DNA from: an uncultured Solirubrobacterales bacterium
GTDB taxonomy: Bacteria; Actinomycetota; Thermoleophilia; Solirubrobacterales; JBBDJG01
Direction of reading: 5' to 3'
Assembly (NCBI GenBank): GCA_963762195.1
Contig: CAVXJX010000012.1
Location: 127,044 to 191,043, forward strand
DNA length: 64,000 bases
In this document: positions 59,465 to 64,000 of the stretch, piece by piece
Layout of the letters: each line of letters starts with the position of its first letter
Numbering within the stretch: position 1 is the stretch's first letter
The notes under the pieces: generated by a model
What the model saw: only the letters and a program-made list of their open reading frames with translations
What the model was told of the DNA's origin: nothing
The model's database searches: none
Translations under genes and position numbers: made by a program

Positions 59465-61624
59465 TTGTCCGCGCTCACCCGTTGGGTCCTTGCTCACAAG
59501 CGCACCGTCGTGATCAGCTGGATCGTGCTCTTCATCGCCGGCGTGATGGCCGCCGGGCCGGCCACGGACGCGCTCGATCCGGAGTTCTCGGTCCCCGACA
59601 AGGAGGGCTGGGAGACCAACGTGGAGATCTCCAAGCACTACAGCGGCACGGGCGGGAACACGGTGCCCCTGGTTCCGGTGGTCACGCTGCCGCAGGGCAA
59701 GACGGTGGACTCCCCCGGCGTGCGAGCGGACCTCGTGCGGATGGACCGGCGCCTGGAGGAAACGCTCCCGGATTCCCGCCTCGCCTCGTATGCGTCCACC
59801 GGCGACCGGACCTTCGTCTCCGATGACGGCCGCACGACCTTCGCGGTCGTCTATCCGCAGCCCGACCCCGACTCGTTCTTCGGGGAGAACCCGCGCGCCG
59901 AGAAGGCCGCGAGTGCGGCGCTGCGAGATGCGACCGTCGGTGGCGCGCCGGTCCACCTGACGGGATTCGACGCTTTGATGGAGGACTCGGGCGCCGACAA
60001 CGAGGGACCGGGCGTGCTGATCGAGGCGCTGATCGGCGGCGTCGGCGCGCTCCTGGTGCTGACCTTCGTGTTCGCCTCCTTCCTGGCCGTGATCCCGATC
60101 GTGATGGCGGCCGTGTCGATCATGACCACGTTCCTGCTGCTGCTGGTACTGACCGAGCTGACCAGCGTCTCGCCGATCGTGCAGTTCCTGATCGCGCTGA
60201 TCGGCCTCGGGGTCGCGATCGATTACGCGCTGATCGTCGTGTCGCGCTGGCGTGAGGAGCGCGCGCACGGTGCGAGCGGCGAGGCGGCGGTGCAGCGCGC
60301 GATGGAGACCGCCGGTCGCGCGGTCATCTTCAGCGGCATCACGGTCGCGATCGGGCTGTTCGCGTTGATCGCGCTGCCCTTGCCGTTCCTGCGCTCGATG
60401 GGTTACGGCGGACTGCTGATCCCGCTGGTCTCGACGCTGGTCGCGATCACCCTGCTGCCCGTCGTGCTGGCCAAGTTCGGGCAGCGGCTCGACTGGCCCC
60501 ACCGGCGCACCGACGACAAGGCGAGTCGCGCCTGGACGCGCTGGGCAGAGGGCGTCGCGCGGCACCGCTGGCTCGCGGCCGGCGCGGGAATGGCGGTGAT
60601 CCTGGCGCTCGTGTTCGCCGCGACAGACCTGCAGCTGGGGTCCTCCGACGCCGACACGGTCGCCAAGTCCGGCGACGCCAAGGACGGCCTCGTGGCACTG
60701 GAGAAGGCCGGCATCGGAGAGGGGTCGATACTCCCCCACGAGATCCTGATCGAGGGCGACACCGACCCGCGGAAGGTGGCCGCGGACCTGCGCCAGGTCG
60801 ACGGAATCCACGGCGCCGTGGCGCCCGAGTCGGGTGACTGGCGCCGCGGCGGCACCGCGCTCGTGGAGGCGATCCAGATCCCCGACAGCGGATCCGCCGA
60901 GGGCGAGTCCACGCTCGAAGCTGTGCGCGAAACGGCGCACGCGGCCGGTCCCGACGTTCGCGTCGGCGGCCAGCCGGCCTCCAACGCCGACTTCATCGAC
61001 GCCGTCTACGGCAGCTTCCCGCTGATGATCGCGCTGATCACGATCACGACGTTCATCCTGCTCGCGCGCGCGTTCCGCTCGTTGCTGCTGCCGCTGAAGG
61101 CGATCGTGCTCAACATCCTCAGCGTCGCGGCGGCCTGGGGCGTGCTCGTACTGGTCTGGCAGCACGGCTACGGCTCCGAGGCACTCTTCGGCATCGAGGC
61201 GACGGGCTCGATCCCATCCTGGATGCCGCTGATGATCTTCGCGTTCCTGTTCGGCCTTTCGATGGACTACGAGGTGTTCATCCTGTCGCGCATGCGCGAG
61301 GAGTACGACCGCACCGGCTCGACCGAGACGGCCGTGATCCGGGGCATCGCCCGCACCGGGCGGCTGGTCACGAGCGCGGCGCTGATCCTGTTCCTGGCCT
61401 TCACCGCGATGGCGTCGGGCCCAGGCACCGACCTGAAGATGATGGCCACCGGCCTCGCCGCCGGGATCCTGCTCGACGCAACAGTGATCCGAGCGCTGAT
61501 CGTCCCGGCGGTGATCTCGCTGATGGGCCGGTGGAACTGGTGGCTGCCGGAATTCCCGGCGCGGTTGCTGCGCGTCGAGCCGTCGCTGCCGCCCGGGTTC
61601 GCGGGCGCCAAGACGGAGGCCTGA
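59465..61624 (+). CDS. MMPL-family (RND superfamily) transporter
   Basis: RBS GGAGG plus TTG 59465. 719 aa with two 6-TMS bundles (...IALIGLGVAIDYALIVVSRWREE... and ...FLFGLSMDYEVFILSRMREEY...) and two extracytoplasmic loops. Confidence 0.85.
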   Translation: MSALTRWVLAHKRTVVISWIVLFIAGVMAAGPATDALDPEFSVPDKEGWETNVEISKHYSGTGGNTVPLVPVVTLPQGKTVDSPGVRADLVRMDRRLEETLPDSRLASYASTGDRTFVSDDGRTTFAVVYPQPDPDSFFGENPRAEKAASAALRDATVGGAPVHLTGFDALMEDSGADNEGPGVLIEALIGGVGALLVLTFVFASFLAVIPIVMAAVSIMTTFLLLLVLTELTSVSPIVQFLIALIGLGVAIDYALIVVSRWREERAHGASGEAAVQRAMETAGRAVIFSGITVAIGLFALIALPLPFLRSMGYGGLLIPLVSTLVAITLLPVVLAKFGQRLDWPHRRTDDKASRAWTRWAEGVARHRWLAAGAGMAVILALVFAATDLQLGSSDADTVAKSGDAKDGLVALEKAGIGEGSILPHEILIEGDTDPRKVAADLRQVDGIHGAVAPESGDWRRGGTALVEAIQIPDSGSAEGESTLEAVRETAHAAGPDVRVGGQPASNADFIDAVYGSFPLMIALITITTFILLARAFRSLLLPLKAIVLNILSVAAAWGVLVLVWQHGYGSEALFGIEATGSIPSWMPLMIFAFLFGLSMDYEVFILSRMREEYDRTGSTETAVIRGIARTGRLVTSAALILFLAFTAMASGPGTDLKMMATGLAAGILLDATVIRALIVPAVISLMGRWNWWLPEFPARLLRVEPSLPPGFAGAKTEA

Positions 61625-61626
61625 GC

Positions 61627-62094
61627 ATGCGCCGCGTCAACATCGCCTCCCCCGCGTTCGAGTACAACGACAGCGACCCGCCCGGGTTCCGGTCCGGAAG
61701 AATGCGACTCGCCCCGGACCTTGGCTCGTCGCAGCTCGGGGCGAGCGTCTACGAGCTGCCTCCCGGTCAGGCGATCTGCCCGTACCACTACGAGCACACG
61801 GAGGAGGAGTGGCTGCTGGTCCTCGAGGGACGCCCGACCGTCCGCCATCCCGAGGGCACCGAGCAGCTCGAGCCGTGGGACACGGTGTGCTTTCCCAACG
61901 GGCCGGAGGGCGCCCACCGCGTCGGCAACGACACCGGCGAGACGGTGCGCGTGCTCATGTTCTCCACCGTGGAGTACCCCGCGGTGACGGTGTATCCCGA
62001 CAGCGACAAGATCGGGGTCTGGACTCGCGACAAGCGCGACGACCTGATGACAACGCGCTCCAGTGCGGTCGACTACTGGCACGGTGAGACTTGA
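61627..62094 (+). CDS. cupin-domain protein
   Basis: ATG 61627 gives ...GASVYELPPGQAICPYHYEHTEEEWLLVLEGRPTVRHPEG...FPNGPEGAHRVGNDTGETVRVLMFS... 155 aa. Confidence 0.75.
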   Translation: MRRVNIASPAFEYNDSDPPGFRSGRMRLAPDLGSSQLGASVYELPPGQAICPYHYEHTEEEWLLVLEGRPTVRHPEGTEQLEPWDTVCFPNGPEGAHRVGNDTGETVRVLMFSTVEYPAVTVYPDSDKIGVWTRDKRDDLMTTRSSAVDYWHGET

Positions 62095-62663
62095 GCAAGT
62101 CGCAGTACTACTGCGCGGCCTCCCTCGACGGATACATCGCCGAGTCGGACGACACGCTCGAGTGGCTGATGAAGTACGAGGGCAGCTTCGAGGGCGAGGG
62201 TGTCGAGCCGGGGAAGGGCTCCTTCCAGCGCTTCTACGACGGCGTCGGCGCGCTGGTCATGGGATCGGCCACCTACGAGTTCGTCCTCGCCCACGAGGCC
62301 GCAGGTGGCGAATGGCCGTACAAGGGCAAGCCGACGTGGATCCTGACCTCCCGCGACCTACGCCGGCTCGAGGGTGACGGCGTCGACATCAGGTTCGCCG
62401 CCGCCGCCGTCGCCGATCTCTACGACGAGATGATCGGGGCCGCCGGCGAGCGCGATTTGTGGGTTGTCGGCGGCGGCAACGTCGCCTCCCAGTTCGCCGA
62501 CCAGGGCCTGCTCGACGAGGTCATCGTGACGGTCGTTCCCGTCGTGCTCGGCGAGGGCAAGCCGCTGTTCGATCGCCGCGTCCCTGGCGGCGCGATGCAG
62601 CTCGCTGGAACCCGCACGTTCGACACCGGCATGGTCGAGCTGCGCTACGAGCTCAAGCGGTAG
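62091..62663 (+). CDS. dihydrofolate-reductase-like (RibD C-terminal domain) family protein
   Basis: TTG 62091 overlaps the cupin stop (TTGA). Reads ...YYCAASLDGYIAESDDTLEWL...GALVMGSATYEF...LWVVGGGNVASQFADQGLLDEVIVTVVPVVLGEGKPLF... 190 aa. Confidence 0.8.
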   Translation: MSKSQYYCAASLDGYIAESDDTLEWLMKYEGSFEGEGVEPGKGSFQRFYDGVGALVMGSATYEFVLAHEAAGGEWPYKGKPTWILTSRDLRRLEGDGVDIRFAAAAVADLYDEMIGAAGERDLWVVGGGNVASQFADQGLLDEVIVTVVPVVLGEGKPLFDRRVPGGAMQLAGTRTFDTGMVELRYELKR

Positions 62664-63585
62664 CGCCCACCGGCAGCTCGAACGACACGCCGGTGAGCTC
62701 CTCGGAGACCTGCCACAGGCGCCGCGCGGCGGCCTCGTCGCGGGCCGCGCTGCTCGACCCGACCCGTTCGGGGTATCCGCGCTGCTCGGCGATCCCGTCG
62801 GGACCGATGTACTGGCCGCCCTCGGCGGCCGGGTTGGTGGCGGCGTAGAGCTGCGACAGCACGCCGACCTCGACGCTCTGCGCCACGAGGCGGTTCGTCA
62901 CCACCATCACCAGCCGGTCCACCATCGGTGCCGCGGCCTTCTGCAGGTTCGTCGCGGAGTACCCGGGGTGCGCGCCGATGCTCCGGATCCGGGACCCGGC
63001 GCCGCGCAGGCGGCGATCCAGCTCGAAGGCGAACATCAGGTTCGCGAGCTTCGACTGTCCGTAGGCACGCCAGCGGTTGTAGCGACGCTTGCTCTGCAGG
63101 TCGTCGAACTTGATCCGGCCCATGCGATGCGCCCCGCTGCTGACCGTGACGACGCGAGCGCCGTCGTGCTCCATCGCCCCGATCAGGAGGGCGGTGAGGG
63201 CGAAGTGGCCGAGGTGGTTGGTGCCGAATTGGAGCTCGAACCCGTCTGCCGTCTCGCGGCGCGGCGGCGCCATCACGCCGGCGTTGTTGACGAGGATGTC
63301 GATGCGCCCGTGCTCGCCGCGGACCCACTCGGCAAAGGCCCGCACCGAATCCAGGCTGGCCAGGTCGAGCGTCGCCACCTCGATCCTCGCGGTCGGGTCA
63401 CCGACCCGTATCTCCGTGGCAGCCGCCGCACCCTTGGCCGTGTCGCGACACGCGAGCACGACCTGCGCGCCCTTGCGGGCAAGCTCGCGCGTCGTCTCGA
63501 GCCCGAGGCCGCTGTTGCCCCCGGTGACGACGGCAATCCGCCCGCTCTGGTCAGGAATCTGGTCGCTCGTCCACTTCGCGCTCAT
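62653..63585 (-). CDS. short-chain dehydrogenase/reductase (SDR, retinol-dehydrogenase-like)
   Basis: Intact 310 aa with VVTGGNSGLGLE (TGxxxGxG), LVNNAG, and the catalytic S...YGQSK (YxxxK). Confidence 0.88.
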   Translation of the reverse strand: MSAKWTSDQIPDQSGRIAVVTGGNSGLGLETTRELARKGAQVVLACRDTAKGAAAATEIRVGDPTARIEVATLDLASLDSVRAFAEWVRGEHGRIDILVNNAGVMAPPRRETADGFELQFGTNHLGHFALTALLIGAMEHDGARVVTVSSGAHRMGRIKFDDLQSKRRYNRWRAYGQSKLANLMFAFELDRRLRGAGSRIRSIGAHPGYSATNLQKAAAPMVDRLVMVVTNRLVAQSVEVGVLSQLYAATNPAAEGGQYIGPDGIAEQRGYPERVGSSSAARDEAAARRLWQVSEELTGVSFELPVGATA

Positions 63586-63656
63586 GCCGGCTCCTCGCTC
63601 GCTTGCTTTGGCGCGGACCCTACTCCCGTCCGATCAGGGGTGCACCATGGCGACGC

Positions 63657-64000
63657 ATGCTGAAGGCTCCTCGGACCGGCACCGTCATCGTCGGACTGCT
63701 CGCGTCGACACTCGTCGTCTTCGCCGGCGCCATCCCGGCCACGGCCAAGACGACCAGCTTTCGGACGCCTTCGCGGAACATCTACTGCCTCTACTCCACG
63801 AGCGGGCAGTCAGGCGCCTTCATACGTTGCGACGTGCTGTCGCTGAACGACGTCGGCTTCGTGCTGGAGCGACGCAAGCGAGCGCGGCGAGTCAAGATCA
63901 CCGACACCGTCACTGACCCGCGGAAGGCGCGTGACCTCGCCTATGGGACGTCGCGGCGATTCGGGTCGTTCCGGTGCATCTCGCGAACGAGCGGTCTGAC
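63657..64000 (+). CDS. secreted hypothetical protein (5' part; runs off right edge)
   Basis: ATG 63657 gives MLKAPRTGTVIVGLLASTLVVFAGAIPATAKTTSFRTPSRNIYCLYSTSGQSGAFIRCDVLSLND... The frame is open to the window end with a signal-peptide-like N-terminus. It is not in the ORF track because there is no stop in the window. Confidence 0.45.
   Translation, partial: MLKAPRTGTVIVGLLASTLVVFAGAIPATAKTTSFRTPSRNIYCLYSTSGQSGAFIRCDVLSLNDVGFVLERRKRARRVKITDTVTDPRKARDLAYGTSRRFGSFRCISRTSGL

Overview
High-GC (~70%) chromosomal segment that looks like a deep-branching Actinomycetota genome (Thermoleophilia/Rubrobacteria-like; this is inference from gene content such as opcA, an F420-type LLM oxidoreductase, a Cheo-type LexA box and a ydaO riboswitch). 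I found no transposase, integrase, prophage, CRISPR array, rRNA or recognisable defence genes. The content is core metabolism and housekeeping. It includes GTP-PEPCK, aconitase, glutamine synthetase, and a long minus-strand pentose-phosphate operon (tkt-gnd-zwf-opcA-pgl-rpiB) preceded by an F420-type LLM oxidoreductase. It also includes a selenocysteine formate dehydrogenase (fdhA in-frame UGA plus SECIS, fdhB, NrfD-like anchor), tatA/tatC, lexA, RNase P RNA and tRNA-Leu(GAG). Transporters and regulators include two MFS genes, two ABC-2 pairs, an MMPL transporter and a NarL-type two-component pair. Observations worth a second look: (1) About 30 single-nucleotide frame breaks sit in roughly 16 otherwise conserved genes, are clustered, and are mostly 1-nt insertions; they look more like consensus errors than decay. 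(2) tatA/tatC is sandwiched by three paralogous exported di-iron ferritin-like proteins whose twin-arginine motifs are all degenerate. (3) A Mcl-type acyl-CoA lyase is coupled to an ACL/citryl-CoA-synthetase-like two-subunit CoA ligase and a small ferredoxin-like protein, next to ACAD and MaoC genes. This could be an ATP-dependent dicarboxylate activation/cleavage module. (4) A c-di-AMP (ydaO) riboswitch lies in front of an RlpA-like peptidoglycan-binding protein. (5) lexA is translationally coupled to a 67-aa zinc-ribbon protein behind a canonical SOS box. (6) A small palindromic repeat family has two copies, there is an 8-bp tandem repeat between the ligase subunits, and a G16 tract sits beside gene remnants. 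All family assignments come from motif recognition by eye; no database search was run.
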